From assembly GCA_003597935.1 (NCBI GenBank), contig QZJT01000059.1, positions 1 through 64,000 on the forward strand: a stretch of 64,000 nucleotides of DNA. Reading direction: 5' to 3'. Each line of letters starts with the position of its first letter. Position 1 is the stretch's first letter. Origin of the DNA: Phycisphaerales bacterium (GTDB lineage Bacteria > Planctomycetota > Phycisphaerae > UBA1845). A program made the translations under genes and the position numbers. Positions 29,092-44,216 of this stretch are shown piece after piece. The notes beneath the pieces are model-generated. The model ran no database searches. It was not told the origin of the DNA and saw only the letters and a program-made list of their open reading frames with translations.

Positions 29092-31353
29092 CTATCCGCC
29101 GTAATAACCGCGGATGATCTCGCTGGCCTTGTTGTCCGCGAGGTTTATCGCCCCCAGCGCCTGGCTGGCGGCCGTGCGGATGGTCAGGTTCGGGTCCGAT
29201 TGGGCCATTCGCACCAGGGCCGAAACCTGACTTTCCTCGAGCAGATTGCCGTGATTCCGGGCGCACTCGGCCAGCGACCCGAAGGCCGACACCCGCAGCG
29301 ATTCGGTGTTGTTCGCGTCCAGGGCGACGTGGGCGATCGAGCGCTGCGCCGTCTCCGTCGGGGCCAGCGCCAGCACGGAGGCGCAGGCCGTCTGCAACTC
29401 CTCATTCGGGCTGCGCAGCCCGCCGATCAGCGCCGGTTCCGCTCCGCCGAAATCGAACACCGTGCGTCCGTTGGCGGCGATCGTCCGAAGCGTGCGCGCG
29501 GCCTCCAGCGCCATCGAGAGCGCCAGATCGGGATCCAGCGGCGTCTGACCGGTGTCGGCGTTGATCTCATCGAGGCGGGCCAGAAGCGCGGTGGCGTCGG
29601 CGGCGGCGGTCACGACACGGGCGAATGGATCGTCCCGGGTCGCCTCCTCGCTGATGTCCTGGTGCTGCCCCTTGCGCAGCACCACGACGGGCGTCTTGGC
29701 GAACGTGAACTCGGCCCGCAGGCGCACCATCGCCTCGGCTAGCGACGGGTCAGCGATGTCCGTGGAAACGTAGATGGCGCTGACGTTCTCGAACTCCTTG
29801 CGGGCCCGCGTCAGCGCCTGAAAGAAGTTGGTCTCGCCGATCACGTCGGTTTCACCGTCGCGGAGCGCGTCCATCACGCGGTTCAGATTGGCGGCGTCTG
29901 CGTCGACTACCACAATGCGCCGGCGGCCCGTCTGGGACAGCGCCTCTGACAGGACGGGCACGACCATCGGTGAGCCGACGAACTGCGAGGTGGGCAGCGC
30001 GTTGCCCAGCGCCAGGGCGGCGCGGATCCGCACGACGACGTCGGAGAACTGCAGGGCCTTGACCAGCGGCTGCTTGTACTCCTCGGTGCCGACCAGCGAC
30101 GCGGGGCCGGCCGTCAGACGCAGCGCCCGGATGGCGCCCAGCGCCACCGTGGTGTCCTGGTCCTCCACCGCCCGGTCGAGCACCAGATGGGCGTAGCGCG
30201 GTCCCGCGGCCTGCGAGAAGTGCAGCGCCCGGGGGAAGTTCGCCGGCCGCGTATCGTCGGTGACGCCCTGCTCAGCCGGAGCTCCGCTTTCGACGTTCAG
30301 GCCCAGCCGCCCTTCGCGACGGATGTTGGCGGCCAGCCACAGGGCGATGGCCTCGGACCGGTCCGGCGCCAGTTGCAGCACTTCGGAGGTGCAGCGCATC
30401 GCCATGACGGTACCGAATATCCGCGTCGGGACCGGCACCGCCCGCAGCGTCTGCTGGTCGTCGTTCCAGTACCAGACGTTGGCCGTCTCGAGCCGGGGAT
30501 CGGCGCGGACGGTCGGGTCTTCATCGTAGTAGCGCTCCGCCAGCGCCTGGAATTCCTCGGCCGCGGAGACGCCGAAGGTGCGGCCGCAGATGGACTCGAT
30601 CCTGCCGATGGCGGCGGCCGCGGCCGACCTGGTGCGGTCGGGCATGGCTGAATCGCCCATGAGCCGCCGCAGATAGGGCACGGCCTGCGGGTAGCCGATC
30701 TCGCCCAGGGCGAAGATCAGATTCAGCCGCACGCTCTCATCCCGCACGCGCAGAGCGATAACCAGCGGGTTGACCGCCCCTTTGCCGATCTTGGGAAGGG
30801 CGGTGCTGACGCGGGGCCAGAGGCGCTTGCGGGAATCGTCGAGCAGCGTCGAGACCATCGCGGGGATAGCGTACTCGCCGGAATCGCGCAGGTGGCGGGT
30901 GGCGTCGTACTCCTGCTGCGGGTCGCCGCCGAGCCGCTCGATGTTCGCCTGGATCCGGACCGGGTCCTTGCGCTTCTCGAACTGGCCTTTTTCGATCAGC
31001 TCCAGCACGCGGGCCGCGTTGTCGCCGACGGTCGAGTTCTTCACCAGGATCTGCAACGTGTCGATGCTGAGACGGTCCTTGTCGGACAGCTCCAGCACCT
31101 TCACGGGAGTGGCGTCCGGGTGGTCCAGCAGGGCGCGGGCGAAAGCATCCGCGGCGGTGAAGCGGCCGAGCTTGGCGTAGTGCAGGAACTCGGTGAAGAG
31201 GGTCTCCACCGACGAATCCTGGGGCACGTCGGTGCCGCCGATGCCGCGCTGAGCCAGGGCCATCGACGGAACCTGGGCCAGAGCCAACGCCGCGCCCGCC
31301 AGCCGTATGGCGGCCGCGCGGGACGAAACAGGTAGACGACCAACGCTGTGCAT
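29092..31353 (-). CDS. HEAT/PBS-lyase repeat protein, secreted or periplasmic
   Basis: ATG at 31353 preceded by GGAGAG. Signal peptide; multiple HEAT-like repeats (ESVRLNLIFALGEIGYPQAVPYLRRLM, RVSAFGSLAECARNHG). Confidence 0.75.
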   Translation of the reverse strand: MHSVGRLPVSSRAAAIRLAGAALALAQVPSMALAQRGIGGTDVPQDSSVETLFTEFLHYAKLGRFTAADAFARALLDHPDATPVKVLELSDKDRLSIDTLQILVKNSTVGDNAARVLELIEKGQFEKRKDPVRIQANIERLGGDPQQEYDATRHLRDSGEYAIPAMVSTLLDDSRKRLWPRVSTALPKIGKGAVNPLVIALRVRDESVRLNLIFALGEIGYPQAVPYLRRLMGDSAMPDRTRSAAAAAIGRIESICGRTFGVSAAEEFQALAERYYDEDPTVRADPRLETANVWYWNDDQQTLRAVPVPTRIFGTVMAMRCTSEVLQLAPDRSEAIALWLAANIRREGRLGLNVESGAPAEQGVTDDTRPANFPRALHFSQAAGPRYAHLVLDRAVEDQDTTVALGAIRALRLTAGPASLVGTEEYKQPLVKALQFSDVVVRIRAALALGNALPTSQFVGSPMVVPVLSEALSQTGRRRIVVVDADAANLNRVMDALRDGETDVIGETNFFQALTRARKEFENVSAIYVSTDIADPSLAEAMVRLRAEFTFAKTPVVVLRKGQHQDISEEATRDDPFARVVTAAADATALLARLDEINADTGQTPLDPDLALSMALEAARTLRTIAANGRTVFDFGGAEPALIGGLRSPNEELQTACASVLALAPTETAQRSIAHVALDANNTESLRVSAFGSLAECARNHGNLLEESQVSALVRMAQSDPNLTIRTAASQALGAINLADNKASEIIRGYYGG

Positions 31354-31876
31354 TTGTCTCTCCATCTTCGGTTTGCCATGCCGGCATGAATGCGCCGAGT
31401 CTGCGACCCTCTTCGGGGTATGTAGGGGATGATCCACGGTCTATTCGGGCCGCCGTCGGGCCGCGGGTATCGGCCGACGCCCTCCCCGCTCCCGCACGAT
31501 CCGCCTGTCAAACCCCCGGCAGCGCGTGCGCCCCCGGCGCACCTCACGGAGGGCGACACGGCGCGGCCAGTATAGGAACCTGTGGTTTTCGGTCAACCGG
31601 AATCCGGGGGCGGGCAGTCGTGCGAGTACTGCGGGTGAGCGATCCGTGGTGGATGGCTCCGCGCCGGTTCTCCGCCCGCCATGAATGGCGGGGCTGCGGG
31701 GGGGTGGGTCCGGATCACGAGGGCAGGTGGAACGCCGATTGCTGGACCATCCAGTGGCGGTTCCCACGAGGATCGCGGCTCCGGCCGGGGGGGCGGCGTC
31801 ACCAGCACCACAGAGTGGCCTTGCAGCAAACCCGACGGGTTTGCCAACCGCCCGGAAGACCGTTGGGAAGTGTGTC

Positions 31877-35482
<3,606 letters not shown>

Positions 35483-35522
35483 GGGGACCGGAAGTACTGG
35501 AGGGCTCGCGCGGAGCCAAGCT

Positions 35523-36512
35523 ATGGACTTGAGCACGAACTATCTGGGGTTCCACCTGAAGACGCCGCTGGTGGCCGCCGCGTCACCCATGTCGCGCGAC
35601 GCAGGAGCGGTGCGGGCGATGGAAGACGCCGGCATCGCGGCGGTGGTGATGTACTCGCTGTTCGAGGAGCAGATCGCCCAGGAGGCTTCCGCCCACGATC
35701 ACTTCGTCGAGTTCGGCGCGGAGAGCTTCGCCGAGTCGCTGACGTACGCCCCGCCGATCGAGGACTTTCCTCGCGGGCCGGTCGAGTACGTCGAGCACGT
35801 CCGGCGGCTGAAGGAGTCGGTCGACATCCCGATCATCGCCAGCCTGAACGGCGCCACGCCCGGGGGCTGGACGCGCTACGCCGCCGAACTGGAACAGGCC
35901 GGGGCCGACGCCATCGAGCTGAACGTCTACCTGCTGGCGACCGACCCGGAGACGACCGCCCAGCAGATCGAGCAGCGCCACCTGGAGATCCTGGCGGCGG
36001 TGAAGGAGTGCGTCCGCGTCCCGGTGGCGATGAAACTGGGGGCCCAGTTCACGGCGCTGGCGAACTTCGCCCGCCAGCTCGACCGGCACGGCGTGGACGG
36101 GCTGGTGCTGTTCAACCGCTTCTATCAGCCGGACGTCGACCTGGACAACCTGGAGGTGACGCCGCAGTTGGACTTCAGCGCCCGCCACGAGCTGCGCCTG
36201 CCGCTGCGCTGGATCGCCGTGCTGGATCCGATCGTGGAGGCGAGCCTGGCGGCCACCACCGGCGTGTACGACTACCAGGACGTACTCAAACTGATGATGG
36301 TGGGGGCGGACGCGGCCATGATGTGCGCCGCCCTGCTGACCGGCGGACCGCAAGTCGCGACGCGGGTGCTCAACAACATGCGCGAGTGGATGGAAGAGCA
36401 CGAGTACGAGAGCGTCAAGCAGATGCAGGGCAGCATGAACCTGGCGACCTGTCCCGACCCGGGGGCGTTCGAGCGGGCCAATTATATGAAAGCACTGGCG
36501 TCGTATGTGTGA
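35523..36512 (+). CDS. Dihydroorotate dehydrogenase-like (class 1 TIM-barrel) protein lacking the canonical active-site motif
   Basis: LKTPLVAAASPMS and GADAIELN match the DHOD fold. The expected ELNLSCPN reads ELNVYLLATD, so there is no catalytic Cys/Ser. Immediately downstream of PFOR. Confidence 0.75.
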   Translation: MDLSTNYLGFHLKTPLVAAASPMSRDAGAVRAMEDAGIAAVVMYSLFEEQIAQEASAHDHFVEFGAESFAESLTYAPPIEDFPRGPVEYVEHVRRLKESVDIPIIASLNGATPGGWTRYAAELEQAGADAIELNVYLLATDPETTAQQIEQRHLEILAAVKECVRVPVAMKLGAQFTALANFARQLDRHGVDGLVLFNRFYQPDVDLDNLEVTPQLDFSARHELRLPLRWIAVLDPIVEASLAATTGVYDYQDVLKLMMVGADAAMMCAALLTGGPQVATRVLNNMREWMEEHEYESVKQMQGSMNLATCPDPGAFERANYMKALASYV

Positions 36513-36517
36513 AAAGA

Positions 36518-36645
36518 GGTTGACGGTTGGAAGGTTGAAGGTTGCAAGGTTGAAGGTTGCAAGGTTGAAGGTTGTAAGGTTGAAGGTTGTAATGTTCTAA
36601 GGTTGTAAGGTTGAAGGTTTTGAGGTTGGAGGGTTGAAGGTCGAC
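36518..36645. repeat. Tandem array with a 15-bp period (GGTTGAAGGTTGYAA)
   Basis: aaggttgaaggttgcaaggttgaaggttgcaaggttgaaggttgtaaggttgaaggttgtaa... Confidence 0.8.
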
Positions 36646-36682
36646 GGGCGAATGATGGGTACGGAATGGACGGGGTGCAGGC

Positions 36683-37126
36683 GTGAACCACCTGGTGCCG
36701 AAAACGCGGGAAACGCTCGAAGTCGGTGATTCCGGCACGTTCACCAAGACCATCACGGAGGCCGACGTCCTGGCCTTCGCCGATGCCTCGGGCGATTTCA
36801 ACCCGCTGCACGTGGACGACGAGTACGCCCGCCGCAGCGCCTTCGGGCAGCGGGTCGCCCACGGGATCCTCACCGCGGCGCTCATCTCGGCCGTGCTGGG
36901 CGGCGAACTGCCCGGCGTCGGCACCATCCTGGTCAGCATCCACGTGCGCTTCCTGCGGCCGGTGTTCATCGGGGACGTGGTCACGGCCGAGGCGACCGTC
37001 ATGCAGATCATCAACCCGAAACGCGTCCGCATCCTGGTCGCCTGCCGCAATCAGGACGGCCGGGACGTGGCCATCGGCAACGCGGTCGTCATCCCGCCGG
37101 CGCAAACCCGGCTGATCGGGGAATGA
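36683..37126 (+). CDS. MaoC-like (R)-specific enoyl-CoA hydratase / hotdog-fold dehydratase
   Basis: DASGDFNPLHVDDEYARRSAFGQRVAHGIL hotdog hydratase motif. Confidence 0.85.
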   Translation: MNHLVPKTRETLEVGDSGTFTKTITEADVLAFADASGDFNPLHVDDEYARRSAFGQRVAHGILTAALISAVLGGELPGVGTILVSIHVRFLRPVFIGDVVTAEATVMQIINPKRVRILVACRNQDGRDVAIGNAVVIPPAQTRLIGE

Positions 37127-37170
37127 CCGGCCGCGGCGCGATCCCGCGCCGGCGGCGCGCTACACCCACG

Positions 37171-38730
37171 TCAGACTTTGACACACTGAGCGCACAGGAG
37201 GTCCCCCGCCTCGGTGGCGCCCAGGGCGAAGGTGTCGCGATCGCAGTGCGTGCAGGGCAGCGGCTCCAGTTGGCGCGTCAGCGGGTTGTAGGGGATCAGC
37301 AGCGTCCGCGACGCTTTGCGGCGCGTGAGCTGGACGGTACAGAGCATGATCGGCAGGCGCAGCCGGCGGAAGTCCAGGACGCTCACCGACACCGCCGTCG
37401 TGTGTTCAAGGGCGATCTGCCCGACGGTCTGGTCGAACGCCTGCACGCGCTGCGCCAGCGAGGCTCGAAGCTCCGCCAGCCGACGCTGAACTGCGCCCTC
37501 CGCGCCGGTCGGGCCCTCCGATCCGGTTGGGGCCTCCTTGCGCTTGTTGGTCGATGCCTGGGCAAATGCTTCCCAGTTGCGGCGGTGTTCCGCCTGCGCC
37601 GCGGTGAACGCGCGCTCCCAGTCCGACAGGGCGGTACGCAGATGAGGGCGCGTCTGTTCTTCGACGCGGGTGCGGGCTTTGAGCGCCGCTCGGCGCACGA
37701 GCGAGGCGAGCTGGGGTCCGGTCAGCGGTTTGAACGCGCCGGCCTCGGCCGGCCCGGCCGGCGACGCATCGTCGAGGCCGTGGGGTGGGAACGTCAGCAC
37801 GGCGCCGGTATCGACGTTGATCCAGGGCTCCAGCACGCCGTCTTCGCGCCCGGCGGCCTGGATTTCGTAAAAAAGCCCCACGCCCAGATACTCGCCCACG
37901 CTCTCGTGAACGCCCTTGAATTCCAGCTTGGTGTTGATCGCCTGGAACTCGGCGTGAAAGAGGGCCTCGATGCCGTCCTGCTTGACGTAGACGGGTGGCA
38001 GAACCACGCATGGGGCCCGCGCCGCGAGGGTGTCGCGGGACAGCGTGGAAAGCTCTTCCTCCACCGCGGCGGTGTCGACGTCCACGCGCAGCGGCGCCGG
38101 CGGCACGGCCGCGGTCGGCCACTCGGGCGGCTCCATCACCGTCGGCCTGGGCCGGTGAAGGGCGGCCTGCTCGGCCTCGGCCGCCCGCCGCGCCGCCAGC
38201 CGCTTTTCTTCTGCCCGGCGCGCCGCTTCCTCGCGGCGGCGGCGGTGCTCGGCCCGGTCATGGAAGTACCGCAGGATGGAGCGAATCCCCAGGCGGAAGC
38301 GGGCCCAGAACCGGGAAGTGGACAGCAGCTTCCGCACTTCCGGGTAGCGGACCGACTCGCCCGCATCGTGACGCCGGATTTCCTCCTCGCAGAATGCCAC
38401 CAGGGGCTTGAGCCGGTCGAGCTTGTTGTACGCCTGGATGAGAATGTGGAGGTGATCCCACCTGGGATCGAGTTCGTACGACTTGCGTCCCCACTTCAAC
38501 ACGCCTTCCCAGTCGTCGATCTTCTGGTGCGTCGATGCGAGGTGGTCGAGCACGCCCACGTCGTTCGGGCGGCGCATGTGATAGCGTCTGGCCAGCTCGA
38601 TGGCACGGGCGTGCTGGCCCGCGGCGGCCGCGTTGATGGACTGAATGCGCAGCTTGTCCAGGTTGCCGGGCGGGCCCCCGTCGTGGTGCCAGTTGTTACC
38701 GCGTCCGGGTGGACCGCGTCGCTTGCTCAT
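37171..38730 (-). CDS. Hypothetical protein (519 aa) with a C-terminal zinc-ribbon-like CxxC...CxxC
   Basis: Long ORF. Central charged coiled coil (RRREEAARRAEEKRLAARRAAEAEQ). C-terminus reads PCTHCDRDTFALGATEAGDLLCAQCVKV. Confidence 0.5.
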   Translation of the reverse strand: MSKRRGPPGRGNNWHHDGGPPGNLDKLRIQSINAAAAGQHARAIELARRYHMRRPNDVGVLDHLASTHQKIDDWEGVLKWGRKSYELDPRWDHLHILIQAYNKLDRLKPLVAFCEEEIRRHDAGESVRYPEVRKLLSTSRFWARFRLGIRSILRYFHDRAEHRRRREEAARRAEEKRLAARRAAEAEQAALHRPRPTVMEPPEWPTAAVPPAPLRVDVDTAAVEEELSTLSRDTLAARAPCVVLPPVYVKQDGIEALFHAEFQAINTKLEFKGVHESVGEYLGVGLFYEIQAAGREDGVLEPWINVDTGAVLTFPPHGLDDASPAGPAEAGAFKPLTGPQLASLVRRAALKARTRVEEQTRPHLRTALSDWERAFTAAQAEHRRNWEAFAQASTNKRKEAPTGSEGPTGAEGAVQRRLAELRASLAQRVQAFDQTVGQIALEHTTAVSVSVLDFRRLRLPIMLCTVQLTRRKASRTLLIPYNPLTRQLEPLPCTHCDRDTFALGATEAGDLLCAQCVKV

Positions 38731-38840
38731 CGCACTCGCCTCCGCCGGGGGCTGTCAGATTATCTGCGCGGCGAAGGGTCGAATCAAGCCGGGCGGGTCT
38801 ACCGGGGCAGATGGGAGTGCGTGAGCCTATGGGCGGACCA

Positions 38841-38948
38841 CCTGGGATCGCCAGGCTCCAGCCTGGCGGCCGCACCAACGCGGCACCCACTCAGAGAACG
38901 GCATTCGAATGGGAGATCCACGCGGGCTTCAGGCCACGCGGCTTGCTT
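38841..38948. repeat. Composite MITE-like element copy, 12 bp from the vapC stop
   Basis: cctgggatcgccaggctccagcctggcggc ... cgcgggcttcaggccacgcggcttgc. Confidence 0.6.
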
Positions 38949-38959
38949 TGCACGGGCGA

Positions 38960-39367
38960 TCACCTCGACCAGTCTTCGACAGCAAGTCCGGGGACGCGGC
39001 GGTAGTCGGCGTCGCGACTGACGACCGTAGCGCCAAGGTAACGTGCCGTGGCGGCGATCCACAGGTCGTTCTCGCCAAGCGAGGTGCCACGGCGTCGACA
39101 GACGGTCTTGGTCGCTGCGTAGAATTCACCGACGTCGGGAGCGATCTCCATACAGTGGAATCGCGACTTCACACGAGACGCTTTCTGCTCGAACGTGCTG
39201 CGTCTGGCGCCTTCGGGTAGTCGTTGAATGCCGAACAGAACTTCCCCCCACGCCACCGTGCAGGTAACGACGACGTCTTCCGGACCAAGGGACCTCAGTC
39301 GCGCGTCAAAGCTCGGATGCTCGCGCATCACATCGGAGAGTCCCGTCGTGTCGAGCATGTAAATCAT
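38960..39367 (-). CDS. vapC: PIN-domain toxin VapC
   Basis: MLDTTGLSDVMRE...ENDLWIAATARYLGATVVSRDADY gives the PIN acidic residues. Overlaps the upstream antitoxin ORF by 4 bp. Confidence 0.85.
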   Translation of the reverse strand: MIYMLDTTGLSDVMREHPSFDARLRSLGPEDVVVTCTVAWGEVLFGIQRLPEGARRSTFEQKASRVKSRFHCMEIAPDVGEFYAATKTVCRRRGTSLGENDLWIAATARYLGATVVSRDADYRRVPGLAVEDWSR

Positions 39368-39636
39368 CCCCCCTCCTCGTCCTGGAAGATGTCCTCTCGC
39401 CTCGACGGCAAGCGCGCGTCCTTGATGAGACGCTCAAGCAGATCGACGTCCGTGGGATCCAGATGTGGCGGCTCGTGCATAGCCTTCAGCAGCGCCTGCG
39501 GCGATCCGAACGGCGGTTCCGAGTCGTCGGTGGATTCGTCCGGGACGATCGAGACGTTCACCCGCTGCCCTTCGGCGAAGGGCAAGGGCCCCGATAGCTG
39601 GATCATGCCCCCTCTTATGGTTCCCTTGAAGGTCAT
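39364..39636 (-). CDS. Antitoxin (DUF104/AF2212-like fold, a VapB functional analogue)
   Basis: 90 aa; MTFKGTIRGGMIQLSGPLPFAEGQRVNVSIV resembles a swapped-hairpin antitoxin. ATGA overlap with vapC. Confidence 0.6.
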   Translation of the reverse strand: MTFKGTIRGGMIQLSGPLPFAEGQRVNVSIVPDESTDDSEPPFGSPQALLKAMHEPPHLDPTDVDLLERLIKDARLPSRREDIFQDEEGG

Positions 39637-39760
39637 CGGGTTTGTTCTCCGAGCTTACGCTTCAGCATCGACCGGCCATCGGGCGCGCCGAATCCCGGCA
39701 ACAGACTTTAGCCCGGGCGGCGGCCTGACTCAACGGCTGCGAAGCCAGCCCAGGAAGCCA

Positions 39761-39922
39761 GGGTGCGTGACACAATCGGCGGTCCCCCTGGGATCGCCAG
39801 GTTCCAGCCTGGCGGCTGCGGGACTGTCGCGTCCGCTCAGAAAGCGGTACCCAAGTCGGGACTCCGCGCGGGCTGAAGCCACGCGGCTCGCTCAGATGCC
39901 CCGCCGATTGTGTCACGCACCC
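39761..39922. repeat. Composite MITE-like element (39787-39897) bounded by a perfect 22-bp inverted repeat GGGTGCGTGACACAATCGGCGG (39761-39782) / CCGCCGATTGTGTCACGCACCC (39901-39922)
   Basis: Exact reverse-complement match of the two 22-mers, read directly from the sequence. Confidence 0.7.
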
Positions 39923-40190
39923 AGGAAGCCACGCGTGCCCGGGCGGCCGAAAATGCCGGACTGGCGCTGCGCGTGTCTGCCGGCCGGCGCATGAGGGTCG
40001 ATCGACCATGCGGCGGCGCGACGCTTCCGTAGCCGGAGTGCGGAGGCCAGCGGTTCCGGCTCGGCAGCGCGGACTGCAAGCCAAGCTGCCTTGTAGCTGA
40101 ATGACCGGGCGGGATGCATGAGCGGCTCTCCGTCTGCTGCGTGTCCGGCATGAGGAACGATCGGGGGAAACCGCGGCTACGGCTCGCCCA

Positions 40191-40529
40191 TCAAAGGTAC
40201 TCTACCTGCCCCGCCAGTTCGCCGGGAGTGAGTACTTCGTAAACGAGAATCAACTGCCGGATGATCTGACCGACCGTGCGGTCCGTCTTCTTGCAGAAGG
40301 CGATGCCGGGATGGTCAGTGCCCGAAATGTGCGGGTCGAGGAAGTCGACGTCGTGGGTTACGAGAACCCGTTGCTCATTGCGGGCAAACGCCAACTGGAC
40401 TTCGTCGGACGCGGTTCGCAATCCCGACGCGACGGTCGTCGAGACGTCAATCCCGTATCGGCGCAAACCGTGAGCCACATCAGGGTCCACGTTTTCGTCC
40501 AGCGGAAATCGGATTCGATCACTCACCAT
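40191..40529 (-). CDS. DUF5615 family PIN-like nuclease (putative toxin)
   Basis: MVSDRIRFPLDENVDPDVAHGLRRYGIDVSTT...VLVTHDVDF is a typical DUF5615 pattern; 112 aa. Confidence 0.75.
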   Translation of the reverse strand: MVSDRIRFPLDENVDPDVAHGLRRYGIDVSTTVASGLRTASDEVQLAFARNEQRVLVTHDVDFLDPHISGTDHPGIAFCKKTDRTVGQIIRQLILVYEVLTPGELAGQVEYL

Positions 40530-40838
40530 TCAGCGTCCGCAATCTGTCCCGCAGCAGCGAGGGGTTGCTGCGGGAAAACGCCTCGGCGACGGCCTCATCG
40601 CTGGCGATCCCGCGGTCGATCTCGTCGCGATGATCGAAGTAATAAGCCAGGGCTGCATGGAGGCTTGCCAGCGTGAGGTCAAACTTGCCGGCGATTTCTT
40701 CAAGCGACTGGCCCAGCCGCAGATGCATGAGGACGACGTCGGCGACCGTGATGCGCGTGCCAGCGATCCGCGGACGACCGCCACGCACGCCGGCGCTCTG
40801 CTCGATGTGCCGATCCAGTGCCAGATTCGAGACCGTCA
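40519..40838 (-). CDS. DUF433 domain protein (putative antitoxin partner of DUF5615)
   Basis: SAGVRGGRPRIAGTRITVADVVLMHLRLGQSLEEIAGKFDLTLASLHAALAYY is a DUF433-like signature. 11-bp overlap with the DUF5615 gene. Confidence 0.75.
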
Positions 40839-40977
40839 TGGCAAGCGTTCTCCCATTCAGCGACAGCATTTGTCCGGCGGGACTGACCAGATACGAACCA
40901 CTGCCACATCCGAACCGTGCAACTTCAGAGTCACAGCATTCATGCGGCGGCGCACCGGTGACAAACCGGTGCCACAC

Positions 40978-43194
<2,217 letters not shown>

Positions 43195-43198
43195 TCAG

Positions 43199-43402
43199 TG
43201 TGGCACCGGCTTCCAGCCGGTGGACCCCCGCACGAATGCGGGGGCACTGCATGTGGCACCGGCTTCCAGCCGGTGTCTTCGTGTGGCACCGGCTTCCAGC
43301 CGGCGTCCTCGTGTGGCACCGGCTTCCAGCCGGCGTCCTCGTGTGGCACCGGCTTCCAGCCGGCGTCCTCGTGTGGCACCGGCTTCCAGCCGGTGTCTTC
43401 GC
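43199..43402. repeat. Tandem array of a 23-nt hairpin repeat GTGGCACCGGCTTCCAGCCGGYG with 7-nt linkers (30-bp period, 6 copies) plus one 30-bp variant unit with a CCCCCGCACGAATGCGGGGG hairpin
   Basis: Direct reading. Each unit is self-complementary (CACCGGCT-TCC-AGCCGGTG). Lies in the leader between the TPP riboswitch and thiC. Confidence 0.9.
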
Positions 43403-43799
43403 CCTGAAGGGGCGGCGGCTCGTTGCCACGGGTGGAGCGAAGCGGGACCCGTGGAAAACGGCGCCCCCACGCCCTCCCGCCCCGAGGGGGCGGAGGAGGC
43501 CGCGCAGTATCGGTGTCGACGCCGTCAGGCATAGCTTCCGAAACACAGAGTGGCTGATGGCTGAACCATGCGCGGCGGACCGCTCCATCATGACCTGCGG
43601 GAACAAAAGCGGCGAGCGCCTCCTCCGCCCCATCCGGGGCGGCTGATTGCAATACCCGGCGATCCACGGGTTGCGCTTCGCTTCACCCGTGGCTACACTC
43701 CTCGGCCCCTTCGGGGCCCGCAGATTCGACACTCGGATTGAGCGGGAGACTCGAGCCGGCGCGGCGGCGACGCGCCGGCACGGGCAGGTGCGGCGAGGC

Positions 43800-43910
43800 G
43801 TCGCTTCCCTACGCAGGCTTCAGCGCCGCGGCCGCGCCGCGACGCCCTCCTGATCAGGTTCCAAGGCTCATCTCTCAGCCCGTCAACCCGGCGGGCACAC
43901 CTAGCGACAC
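43800..43910 (-). promoter_or_regulatory. TPP (THI-box) riboswitch aptamer upstream of thiC
   Basis: Minus-strand RNA reads ...GGUGUGCCCGCCGGGUUGACGGGCUGAGAGAUGAGCCUUGGAACCUGAUCAGG...CCUGCGUAGGGAAGCGA. It has the conserved GGGUGCCC-like, CUGAGA, ACCUGAUC and GCGUAGGGAA blocks in the right order, with an extended GC-rich P5 insert. Confidence 0.8.
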
Positions 43911-44048
43911 CCTTGTCTTAGCGCGGCGGCCTGCTTTCGTCAAGCGCCTACGCAGACGCCCGATCCGTCAATCGGCGGCCGGGATCGTCGCTGCGCATCG
44001 GCGGGCTTCCGAGACGCGGTAACCGTGCGGTGTATGTGTTCCGGCGCG

Positions 44049-44162
44049 CCCCTGGGACCGTCAGGCTCCAGCCTGGCTGCCGGCGAGCAAACCGCCGCGA
44101 TGGAGATCTCACGAAACGCACGCGGCGAACACAGCGCGGGGAGGGGCGACGCGGCTCGCAGA
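44049..44162. repeat. Composite MITE-like element copy (variant)
   Basis: cctgggaccgtcaggctccagcctggctgccggc ... gacgcggctcgca. Confidence 0.5.
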
Positions 44163-44216
44163 GAGTTGCCGCCGATGGTGTCAGGCGGGCTTTCCGTTGA
44201 GTTTGCTTCCCTCTAA

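Noticed and set aside
43199-43402. 30-bp-period repeat array that could be mistaken for a CRISPR array
   Set aside because: The 'spacers' are only 7 nt and almost identical (TCTTCGT/TCCTCGT). The units are contiguous, and there are no cas genes or leader. It is a simple tandem hairpin array.
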